Below are positions 18,397 to 26,578 of a DNA stretch of 32,959 bases, piece by piece (position 1 is the stretch's first letter; the number at the start of each line of letters is the position of its first letter). A program made the translations under genes and the position numbers. The notes beneath the pieces are model-generated. The model was not told the origin of the DNA, searched no databases, and worked only from the letters and a program-made list of their open reading frames with translations. The stretch comes from a virus (lineage: Duplodnaviria > Heunggongvirae > Uroviricota > Caudoviricetes). Location: IMG/VR virus record IMGVR_UViG_2554235419_000004; one strand, given 5' to 3'.

Positions 18397-19470
18397 TTAC
18401 GCTCCCGGCTCTGCGGTCGCTTTAGCCAGTGTGGAGAAATCACCGACCTTAATTTTTTCCACCAGACAACCGGCGGCGTAGTCTTCCACCACGTAATCAA
18501 TGTTCATTGACTCGTAGTTCTCCACGCGGTCGAGTTTCGGGTTTTCCTCAATCACGCGGCGATGGCTGTCATCCATGTAGTAGATGGACAGGTTTTCCAG
18601 CTTTGTGATGAGCATCGCATCCGCCGGGAAGTACGGGACGCGTACCGCCGGCAGGTTACCGATGCGTTTCTGGCTGATGATGACGTCAGCGGCCAGCATT
18701 TCGCTGTTGTCCTGCTCCTTGTTGACGATGGGAAAATACTTGTCCGCCAGTAGCTGACGTCCCACAATCACCACAAGGTCAGGGTCTTCCTGATACCACG
18801 GCTCAATCAGGTTGTTGGTCGCATCCATCACCAGTGCGTCAAGGCTGGCATAATCACCGCCCTTACCCACGCGGATAACCTCAGAGGTGGTGCGGCCTTC
18901 CTCGTCAGTGACCTTGCTCATCACGCGCGCCGGGGCTTCATTGCGGTATTTCTGCAGCCAGCCGACCGCCACATCCTGCAGCATCGGATTGCTGCTGCGG
19001 TCAGAGGTTTCGGCACGCCTCACGCCGTTAAAACCGGCCATGATTAAATCAAGGGACTGGCGTTTGATAATGGCGTTACGGACACGGAGCTGGAAATCCT
19101 GATAACGCGCCCACAGGTCAAGCGTTTTGTAGCGGATATAAAAATCGAAGTTAATCTGGTCGCATTCGTACTTGTTTGACGCCAGCTTCGAGAAGTCCTT
19201 CGGCTGACGCTCGGTGCCACCGGCGGTGTCGGTGGTGCTGGCGATGGAGCCGGTGACACCGATACCAATTTTTTCCCCTTTCATTTCGCTGACCGGCACA
19301 ATGTTGATGCGGGTCAGAAAGTCAGAGGACTCCTGCATGGTGTTCATCAGGGTCTGGGTGACCGACGGTTCAACGGTGAATTTTTTCGACACATCACCGG
19401 CGTCGATGCCGTTCAGCTCGGCAACACGGGACAGGTAAGCATTAAATTTAAAGCGGGTTTCCTGGCGCAT
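18397..19470 (-). CDS. N: Major capsid protein gpN, 357 aa
   Basis: 357-aa ORF; length and position as P2 gpN. Confidence 0.85.
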   Translation of the reverse strand: MRQETRFKFNAYLSRVAELNGIDAGDVSKKFTVEPSVTQTLMNTMQESSDFLTRINIVPVSEMKGEKIGIGVTGSIASTTDTAGGTERQPKDFSKLASNKYECDQINFDFYIRYKTLDLWARYQDFQLRVRNAIIKRQSLDLIMAGFNGVRRAETSDRSSNPMLQDVAVGWLQKYRNEAPARVMSKVTDEEGRTTSEVIRVGKGGDYASLDALVMDATNNLIEPWYQEDPDLVVIVGRQLLADKYFPIVNKEQDNSEMLAADVIISQKRIGNLPAVRVPYFPADAMLITKLENLSIYYMDDSHRRVIEENPKLDRVENYESMNIDYVVEDYAAGCLVEKIKVGDFSTLAKATAEPGA

Positions 19471-19528
19471 AGTTTTTCCTGAAATTAAGGGTTAATCGTG
19501 AAGGTTTTCCCGGACTGACTGACGCCGG

Positions 19529-20383
19529 TCAGCAGTTCGTCATCAGGGCGTCACCGCCACCGCCGGTGGCCTTGCTGCGGCGCTGCTGGGTCAGACTTTC
19601 GGTGTGGTCGAGACTGTTTTTCAGGCGGGTGAATGCCTGGCTGGTTTCATCCGCCCTGTCAGTCACATCCTGCTTAAGTGCGGAAAAAGCGGTTTCCATC
19701 TCAGCGAGGCGCTGCTCAGTGGCGCTCAGTTTTTCCTGCACATGCTCAGCGACAGCGGTCACCGCTTCATGCACGTCATTCAGACGGGCGTCATCGCTGG
19801 CCTGTTTGCGGCCAAAAATGGATTTCACCTTTTCGGTCAGGGCTGTGAACACGGTTTCAGGCAGGTCTTCAAATTCCAGCTCAACCGGCGTTGCCACTGA
19901 AATCAGGTTTTCAGGGCTTAATTTGAAGCGGTTCAGGGGGTTGTGTTTTGCCGTGCGGCAGAATTCCAGGTATTCCGTGCCGAGGCTTGCCGGGTCATCG
20001 GTGACGGCCAGCCCCACCAGATAACATTTGCCGGTATTGGCAAAGTTCGGCTGAATTTCCATTGAGGTATAGACCTTCTGCGCGGCCTTGTTCATCGCGA
20101 TAAGGTCATCGGTCGGGGTGATTTTCGCAAACAGCGCCCATTTGCCTTTCAGCGCCGAATCATCGTCAATCTTTTCGGCCTTCAGTTCGGCCACATCGCC
20201 ATAACGCTTAAAAATACCGTCAGGCAGGATGCCGCGCAGATGTTCCAGGTTAATGCGGCAACCATAGACTCGCGGGTCAAAGGTTTCGGCCATTTCCTGA
20301 ATATCCTGCGCACTGATGACACGCCCGTCACAGGTGTCACCCTCAACGCCGATACGAAAGAATTTTGAGACTTTTTTTGCCAT
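19529..20383 (-). CDS. O: Capsid scaffolding protein gpO, 284 aa
   Basis: MAKKVSKFFRIGVEGDTCDGR...; internal ATG at 20383 chosen over the longer 306-aa call. Confidence 0.8.
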   Translation of the reverse strand: MAKKVSKFFRIGVEGDTCDGRVISAQDIQEMAETFDPRVYGCRINLEHLRGILPDGIFKRYGDVAELKAEKIDDDSALKGKWALFAKITPTDDLIAMNKAAQKVYTSMEIQPNFANTGKCYLVGLAVTDDPASLGTEYLEFCRTAKHNPLNRFKLSPENLISVATPVELEFEDLPETVFTALTEKVKSIFGRKQASDDARLNDVHEAVTAVAEHVQEKLSATEQRLAEMETAFSALKQDVTDRADETSQAFTRLKNSLDHTESLTQQRRSKATGGGGDALMTNC

Positions 20384-20556
20384 TGTCAGGAGTCCTGAAT
20401 AGTGATTAGAGGAGTCACATGTCGGCATCAGTTTCCCGACGATGCGCATCCTCCGCCATCAGTCCCGGATGGCTTATCACTGGCACAACAGCACCTTAGC
20501 GAATCGCGGGGCGCGACTCAGTAGCCTTGCCATGGATTCATCACGGCGAGGTATTC
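20384..20556. promoter_or_regulatory. Divergent late promoter region (P_O leftward, P_P rightward), expected Ogr-dependent
   Basis: 173-bp intergenic region between divergent O and P starts; contains the partial dyad TGTCGG-N10-CCGACG (20420-20441), resembling the TGT-N12-ACA element of P2 late promoters. Confidence 0.4.
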
Positions 20557-22329
20557 ATGACCATCACCACAGACACCACTCTTTTACACGACCCGCGTCG
20601 TCAGGCGGCGCTGCTGTACTGGCAGGGATTTTCCGTGCCGCAGATTGCCGCCATGTTGCAGATGAAACGCCCGACGGTGCAGAGCTGGAAACAGCGCGAC
20701 GGCTGGGACAGCGTTGCCCCCATCAGCCGTGTCGAAATGAGTCTGGAAGCGCGGCTGACCCAGCTCATCATCAAACCGCAGAAAACCGGCGGTGACTTCA
20801 AGGAAATTGACCTGCTCGGACGCCAGATTGAACGACTGGCACGGGTCAACCGTTACAGTCAGACCGGCAACGAGGCAGACCTTAATCCGAACGTCGCTAA
20901 CCGCAACAAAGGCGGGCGTCGCAAACCGAAAAAGAATTTTTTCAGTGACGAGGCCATCGAAAAGCTGGAGCAGATTTTCTTTGAGCAGTCTTTCGAATAT
21001 CAGTTGCACTGGTATCGCGCCGGGCTTGAGCACCGCATCCGCGATATCCTGAAATCCCGCCAGATTGGCGCGACGTTTTATTTTTCCCGCGAGGCGCTGC
21101 TGCGCGCCCTGAAAACCGGTCATAACCAGATTTTTCTGTCGGCCAGTAAAACGCAGGCGTATGTGTTCCGCGAATACATCATCGCCTTTGCCCGGCTGGT
21201 TGACGTTGACCTGACCGGTGACCCAATTGTCCTGGGCAATAACGGCGCAAAACTGATTTTTCTCGGCACCAACTCCAACACCGCGCAGAGCCATAACGGC
21301 GACCTGTACGTCGACGAGATTTTCTGGATCCCGAATTTTCAGGTGCTCCGTAAGGTGGCATCAGGTATGGCCTCACAGAGTCACCTGCGCTCGACCTATT
21401 TCTCCACCCCATCCACGCTGGCGCACGACGCCTACCCGTTCTGGTCCGGTGAACTGTTTAACCGGGGACGCGCCAGCGCCGCCGAACGCGTGGAAATCGA
21501 CGTCAGTCATAACGCCCTTGCCGGAGGTCTTCTCTGTGCGGACGGCCAGTGGCGGCAGATTGTCACCATTGAGGACGCCCTGAAAGGTGGCTGCACTCTG
21601 TTCGACATTGAGCAGCTCAAACGCGAAAACAGCGCCGACGATTTTAAAAACCTGTTCATGTGTGAATTTGTTGACGACAAGGCATCGGTGTTCCCGTTCG
21701 AGGAGCTGCAACGCTGCATGGTCGACACGCTGGAAGAATGGGAAGACTATGCGCCGTTTGCCGCAAATCCGTTCGGCTCACGTCCGGTATGGATTGGTTA
21801 CGACCCGTCACACCGTGGCGACAGCGCCGGATGCGTGGTACTGGCACCGCCGGTGGTGGCCGGTGGCAAATTCAGAATACTTGAGCGTCACCAGTGGAAA
21901 GGCATGGACTTTGCCACCCAGGCGGAATCCATCCGCAAACTCACCGAAAAATACAACGTCGAATACATCGGAATTGATGCCACCGGCCTCGGTGTCGGCG
22001 TGTTCCAGCTCGTGCGCTCGTTCTATCCCGCCGCGCGCGATATCCGCTACACGCCGGAAATGAAAACCGCAATGGTGCTCAAGGCAAAAGACGTTATCCG
22101 CCGTGGCTGTCTGGAATATGACGTCAGCGCCACCGACATCACCAGCTCGTTTATGGCTATCCGCAAGACCATGACCAGCAGCGGACGCAGTGCCACCTAT
22201 GAGGCCAGCCGCAGCGAGGAAGCCAGCCACGCCGACCTCGCCTGGGCGACCATGCACGCCCTGTTAAATGAGCCACTCACCGCCGGTATCAGCACCCCGC
22301 TGACATCCACCATTCTGGAGTTTTACTGA
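20557..22329 (+). CDS. P: Terminase large (ATPase) subunit gpP, 590 aa
   Basis: MTITTDTTLLHDPRRQAALLYWQGFSV...; GAGG Shine-Dalgarno 8 nt upstream; length as P2 gpP; followed by Q with overlapping stop/start. Confidence 0.85.
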   Translation: MTITTDTTLLHDPRRQAALLYWQGFSVPQIAAMLQMKRPTVQSWKQRDGWDSVAPISRVEMSLEARLTQLIIKPQKTGGDFKEIDLLGRQIERLARVNRYSQTGNEADLNPNVANRNKGGRRKPKKNFFSDEAIEKLEQIFFEQSFEYQLHWYRAGLEHRIRDILKSRQIGATFYFSREALLRALKTGHNQIFLSASKTQAYVFREYIIAFARLVDVDLTGDPIVLGNNGAKLIFLGTNSNTAQSHNGDLYVDEIFWIPNFQVLRKVASGMASQSHLRSTYFSTPSTLAHDAYPFWSGELFNRGRASAAERVEIDVSHNALAGGLLCADGQWRQIVTIEDALKGGCTLFDIEQLKRENSADDFKNLFMCEFVDDKASVFPFEELQRCMVDTLEEWEDYAPFAANPFGSRPVWIGYDPSHRGDSAGCVVLAPPVVAGGKFRILERHQWKGMDFATQAESIRKLTEKYNVEYIGIDATGLGVGVFQLVRSFYPAARDIRYTPEMKTAMVLKAKDVIRRGCLEYDVSATDITSSFMAIRKTMTSSGRSATYEASRSEEASHADLAWATMHALLNEPLTAGISTPLTSTILEFY

Positions 22330-23357
22330 TGAGCAAGAAAAAAGGGAAAACACCGCAACCTGCGGCAAAAAAAATGACCGCCAGCGCCCCGAAAATGGAG
22401 GCATTCACCTTTGGTGAGCCGGTGCCGGTACTCGACCGGCGTGACATTCTGGATTACGTCGAGTGCATCAGTAACGGCAGATGGTATGAGCCACCGGTCA
22501 GCTTTACCGGTCTGGCGAAAAGCCTGCGTGCTGCCGTGCATCACAGCTCACCGATTTACGTCAAACGTAATATTCTGGCTTCAACGTTTATCCCGCACCC
22601 GTGGCTTTCCCAGCAGGATTTCAGCCGTTTTGTGCTGGATTTTCTGGTGTTCGGTAATGCGTTTCTGGAAAAGCGTTACAGCACCACCGGTAAGGTTATC
22701 AGGCTGGAAACCTCGCCGGCAAAATATACCCGCCGTGGCGTGGAGGAGGATGTTTACTGGTGGGTGCCGTCCTTCAACGAGCCGACAGCCTTCGCGCCCG
22801 GCTCCGTGTTTCACCTGCTGGAGCCGGATATCAATCAGGAGCTGTACGGCCTGCCGGAATATCTCAGCGCCCTTAACTCTGCCTGGCTGAATGAGTCAGC
22901 CACGCTGTTCCGCCGCAAGTATTACGAAAACGGCGCTCATGCCGGATACATCATGTACGTCACTGATGCCGTGCAGGATCGCAACGATATCGAAATGCTT
23001 CGCGAAAACATGGTCAAGTCGAAAGGCCGCAACAACTTTAAAAACCTGTTTCTCTATGCCCCACAGGGGAAAGCCGACGGCATTAAAATTATCCCCCTCA
23101 GTGAAGTGGCGACGAAGGACGATTTTTTTAATATCAAAAAAGCCAGCGCCGCTGACCTGCTGGACGCGCACCGCATCCCCTTTCAGTTGATGGGCGGCAA
23201 GCCGGAGAACGTCGGGTCACTGGGTGATATTGAGAAAGTGGCAAAGGTCTTTGTCCGCAATGAGCTTATCCCGCTACAGGACAGGATCCGCGAGATAAAC
23301 GGCTGGCTCAGCGCCGAAGTTATTCAATTCAAAAATTACTCTTTAGACGATAATTAA
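22329..23357 (+). CDS. Q: Portal protein gpQ, 342 aa
   Basis: 342-aa ORF downstream of P and translationally coupled to it; synteny with P2 Q. Confidence 0.85.
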   Translation: MSKKKGKTPQPAAKKMTASAPKMEAFTFGEPVPVLDRRDILDYVECISNGRWYEPPVSFTGLAKSLRAAVHHSSPIYVKRNILASTFIPHPWLSQQDFSRFVLDFLVFGNAFLEKRYSTTGKVIRLETSPAKYTRRGVEEDVYWWVPSFNEPTAFAPGSVFHLLEPDINQELYGLPEYLSALNSAWLNESATLFRRKYYENGAHAGYIMYVTDAVQDRNDIEMLRENMVKSKGRNNFKNLFLYAPQGKADGIKIIPLSEVATKDDFFNIKKASAADLLDAHRIPFQLMGGKPENVGSLGDIEKVAKVFVRNELIPLQDRIREINGWLSAEVIQFKNYSLDDN

Positions 23358-23376
23358 CCCAATATTTAGATGATAA

Positions 23377-23424
23377 TTAGCCCTAGCATTTGCCGGGGCT
23401 AATAATTGCAGGATTTTATTTTTT
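23377..23424. terminator. Hairpin plus T-rich tract between convergent Q and the cargo operon (candidate bidirectional terminator)
   Basis: ttagccc...gggctaa inverted repeat (23377-23402) followed by attttatttttt on the plus strand. Confidence 0.35.
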
Positions 23425-23988
23425 CATATTGTATATAAAGTCACAAATATGCGCCAGTGATAATCTGTTATAGTTTTCCAATGTAAACACAGGATAATTA
23501 TAGCAAATTTCAGGAGGAGGCAATTGCGAGCGAACAGTTGTTTTTTTAGCTGATTGCTGCCTCCTCGATAATTTACTTATTACACCAATGTAATCCACTT
23601 TTCTTGACAAATGCCCATGTAAATTCAATACAGAATATAGCCACTTACAAAAATGAATGCCAGTAACTACCTGTTTAGCCGCACCATTTGAGTTATAAGA
23701 TTTGAGATCTATTACGATAAAATAATCTACGTCTTTGTGCGACGTAACAAAAATTCCATCACAAACAGAGCATACTCCTGGTAAAGCAGAAGATTTTAAA
23801 AATTTCCAGACTGGTTTAGAAATACTATTAGAATCTAGCGAAAATCCATAGATACCATTTCCGTTTACCAGTAATTTTTTATTTGTAGCACCTGGGTTCT
23901 CTTCGCATACAACCCAGCATTCCTGCTCTCGCATTAATTGAAATGTAGGATCGATGCAACTTTGTATTACATTGATAATATTACTCAT
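23416..23988 (-). CDS. Unknown 190-aa protein, second gene of the AT-rich cargo operon; candidate effector of a defence system
   Basis: ATG overlaps the stop of the upstream ATPase gene (ATGAGTAA, 8-nt gene overlap); GAGGA Shine-Dalgarno; AT-rich codon usage unlike the phage backbone; no motif I can assign with confidence. Confidence 0.7.
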   Translation of the reverse strand: MSNIINVIQSCIDPTFQLMREQECWVVCEENPGATNKKLLVNGNGIYGFSLDSNSISKPVWKFLKSSALPGVCSVCDGIFVTSHKDVDYFIVIDLKSYNSNGAAKQVVTGIHFCKWLYSVLNLHGHLSRKVDYIGVISKLSRRQQSAKKTTVRSQLPPPEICYNYPVFTLENYNRLSLAHICDFIYNMKK

Positions 23989-25414
23989 CTACATCCTCAC
24001 TATCAGAGGCATTCTCCACCAAGGAGTAATATATTTCATCATTATCGTCATTAATGGCATTAATTACTTCATCAAAAGTTACAGCATTAATCCCTTCATT
24101 TGACTTCTGCATTTCATTGACTGAGCCATTATCAAATAAATACGCAGCGACTAGGTTAGAGTCTAAAATTGAGTCGATGCTAATCCCTTGCTTCTGCATG
24201 ATAGCGTTTCGTTTTTCAATCATATTTTCAGAAACGCCATGCAACATAATCAAGCTATTGATTTCTTTCACAAAATAATCACTGTGAGTACTAACAATAA
24301 CCCGAATACCAGAGTTAACTAGCTTTGCTAAAAATCTTGCAATTACTCGCTGATTTGACGGGTGTAAATTTAACTCGGGTTCGTCAATCATTAAAATATC
24401 ACCAGTTTTTGCTTGGTGCTCTAAATAAAACCACAGGCCAAACAAACTTTTAACAGTGGATGACGATAAATGAAGTTCAATTTTACTTGCAGGTGTCTTA
24501 CCTTTCTTATACGTTGAAAAATAAATCTGCCCTTCAGGATCAACTGAATATTTTCCTGAAATTATTTTTTTTACTTCTTCTGCTAATTTATGAAATTGGC
24601 CATTTTTATTTTTCCTATTAACCTTAATTTCATTAAGCCAGTCTATGTAATTTGCTATAGGAGCAGAATACTTAGACTTCATTACATCCATTAATAGTGA
24701 GTTCAGATCGAACTGTTCTTTTGAGGCGTGGTGCAATAACGCAGTTCTTCTGGAACTTAATTCATTGAAAAAAAGGTGCAAGCCATTTCTTTCTGCGGGA
24801 ATTAAAAATGCTGGGCTTTCATCATACTCTATCTTTAATAACTGACTTAGAGTTAAGTTTATAAACCCATCAATTCTGGGAAAAGCAGAATCTAGCAGCG
24901 TCATTTGTATGATATTGCTATTTTTATCTTTGGATAATAGCATTACTTCTTTTTTGCCGGTTCCTATGACGAGGCTAACATCCAATTTTTTTTCATAAAC
25001 ACTTGATACTAATGATTCTTCATCTATAACCCAGTCAAATGTTGAATTAGAAAAAATTTCCTTATCATTAGTGTTGAATACATCTTTAAGCATTAAAGAT
25101 GAATCTTTATTAAATTCTCTTTTGATTAACGTAAAATTATCTTTTATCCACTCAATTACATCTAATTCAAACTTACCATTTTCACGAAGAGTTTTGGCAA
25201 AATTTGCAACTTGAGGCAATTTTAAAGATGGTGATGGCATATTTAGGAAGCCATATAACCCATACATAACCCATGTTTTACCAGTATTATTTTTTCCGCA
25301 TAAAAGCGTTAAAGGTTTTGCATTAATTTCTCCTGTAGAGATACACCCAATGTTTTTAAATGAAAATCTCCATGATGCTAATTTTTTTACGTTAATTTCA
25401 CTTTGCTTTTTCAT
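23981..25414 (-). CDS. ABC-type / AAA15-AAA21-like ATPase (OLD/SMC-like fold), 477 aa; first gene of the cargo operon
   Basis: Walker A LLCGKNNTGKT (res 38-47); Walker B/D-loop ILMIDEPELNLHP; H-loop VSTHSD; acidic C-terminal tail; AAGGA Shine-Dalgarno; AT-rich. Confidence 0.8.
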   Translation of the reverse strand: MKKQSEINVKKLASWRFSFKNIGCISTGEINAKPLTLLCGKNNTGKTWVMYGLYGFLNMPSPSLKLPQVANFAKTLRENGKFELDVIEWIKDNFTLIKREFNKDSSLMLKDVFNTNDKEIFSNSTFDWVIDEESLVSSVYEKKLDVSLVIGTGKKEVMLLSKDKNSNIIQMTLLDSAFPRIDGFINLTLSQLLKIEYDESPAFLIPAERNGLHLFFNELSSRRTALLHHASKEQFDLNSLLMDVMKSKYSAPIANYIDWLNEIKVNRKNKNGQFHKLAEEVKKIISGKYSVDPEGQIYFSTYKKGKTPASKIELHLSSSTVKSLFGLWFYLEHQAKTGDILMIDEPELNLHPSNQRVIARFLAKLVNSGIRVIVSTHSDYFVKEINSLIMLHGVSENMIEKRNAIMQKQGISIDSILDSNLVAAYLFDNGSVNEMQKSNEGINAVTFDEVINAINDDNDEIYYSLVENASDSEDVDE

Positions 25415-25665
25415 TGAGTTTCCTTAATCAATTACATACGAACTGATCAAACCATTGATCGTGTTGAAAAGTCAATACTATACTAAATAACCACGAAGAA
25501 TAGTGCTTCATTTTCCGTCAGTCCTAATAGGTTAAGATATATGGACTGTTTTCTCAAACTTGTTGCGCTCTGCTGAATCTCTCGTATGTTACTTCAATAT
25601 GATGAACATCCTAACTCTGAAACGGTAAGTCTATCGGTATTACATTTTCACATTGCATGAGCGCG

Positions 25666-25684
25666 GTGCTTTCCCCGCCTCGCC
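25666..25684. other. cos site (19-nt cohesive-end sequence)
   Basis: gtgctttccccgcctcgcc is the reverse complement of GGCGAGGCGGGGAAAGCAC, the P2 cohesive end as I recall it; sits in a GC-rich island inside AT-rich surroundings. Confidence 0.75.
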
Positions 25685-25968
25685 CGCCCGCTTCACGGGG
25701 CGGTTTTAATGCAGTTGCATAGATACTATGGATCCGCACCAGTCCTGACCGCACGCAGCCTGAACGGACATCCCCAGCGCATGCAAAAACATTCACTTGT
25801 TGCATGCATAGCTTTTTAAGTACGCCATACCGCAACTGTACATTTTTAAGCAATTGGCAACTTTAAAAAATTTACATTGCTTTCAAGACCTTATCATCCG
25901 TAGTCTCTGTTTTTTACTTTGAGCTACATCAATAAAATCTCAAACATGTTTAATGCAAAGCCCTTGTT

Positions 25969-26022
25969 ACACAACATAGAATGTATGTCTAGAAACAACG
26001 ACATACTATATGTTGTGTTTTT
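25969..26022 (+). terminator. Long imperfect hairpin plus T-run (candidate intrinsic terminator, attenuator or sRNA 3' end)
   Basis: acacaacatagaatgtatgtc / gacatactatatgttgtgt arms (7 bp + internal loop + 10 bp) followed by TTTTT. Confidence 0.45.
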
Positions 26023-26074
26023 CCGGCTCTCTGTTCGGTGATATGCCAAATCACTTTGCGTTTAAACAGAGCAT

Positions 26075-26089
26075 TATTTCAGGGCAAGA
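26075..26089. repeat. 15-bp direct repeat caagacttcgctcaa, copy 1
   Basis: Exact match to 26349-26363; the two copies flank the small ORF and terminator. Confidence 0.6.
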
Positions 26090-26162
26090 CTTCGCTCAAA
26101 AGTCATTCCACCTAAGAAGCGCATATACCGGTGGAAGTTGCCCTCTACTTACAGGAGGCAAT

Positions 26163-26276
26163 ATGAAGAAATGCTATTACTGCATTCTCGTTCTGGCCCT
26201 CTTTGGCTATCCAAACGGTAGTCCAAGTGGTTTGTCAGTAAACGTCAGTAATATCAATGTCAGCATTATGCTTTAA
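26163..26276 (+). CDS. Small hydrophobic peptide, 37 aa (possible membrane peptide or moron product)
   Basis: AGGAGG Shine-Dalgarno 4 nt before the ATG; MKKCYYCILVLALFGYPNGSPSGLSVNVSNINVSIML; immediately followed by a strong terminator. Confidence 0.4.
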   Translation: MKKCYYCILVLALFGYPNGSPSGLSVNVSNINVSIML

Positions 26277-26285
26277 TATGCTTCA

Positions 26286-26320
26286 AACAAAAAAACCACC
26301 TGCCAGGGTGGTTTTTTTGC
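26286..26320. terminator. Bidirectional Rho-independent terminator (A7-hairpin-T7)
   Basis: aaaaaaaccacctgccagggtggttttttt: GC stem flanked by an A-run and a T-run; can terminate the small-ORF transcript (plus) and the early operon ending with A (minus). Confidence 0.7.
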
Positions 26321-26348
26321 GCCCATCATCAATACGATGAAAGACTGA

Positions 26349-26363
26349 CAAGACTTCGCTCAA
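26349..26363. repeat. 15-bp direct repeat caagacttcgctcaa, copy 2
   Basis: Exact match to 26075-26089. Confidence 0.6.
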
Positions 26364-26578
26364 GACGAATTATGCGTCGACATAAGGTTACCCGCAATGA
26401 TTTTATTAGACTAAATGGATGGCCTTTTATGACCCGGATCAAACGGCTGTCCTTACCGACATGCTAGTCACTCAATAGCATTTAGCCTTCTAATTCAGCA
26501 TGCTATTGACCTTCTGCTGCCCCATAACTGCTCCGCATAAGCCATTCAATGCCATATCAAATCACGTTGTGTTTTTAC

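Noticed and set aside
20584-21294. 236-aa minus-strand ORF inside terminase gene P
   Set aside because: Fully overlapped by the conserved terminase large subunit on the plus strand; antisense artefact of GC-rich sequence.
25611-25853. 80-aa minus-strand ORF spanning the cos sequence
   Set aside because: Runs through the GC-rich cos islet, has no ribosome-binding site, and its Gly/Arg-rich composition reflects that islet; more likely non-coding packaging DNA.
26010-26162. N-terminal extension of the 88-aa ORF call 26010-26276
   Set aside because: The long form starts inside the hairpin-terminator region and lacks a ribosome-binding site; only the internal ATG at 26163 has a strong AGGAGG site, so only the 37-aa form is retained.
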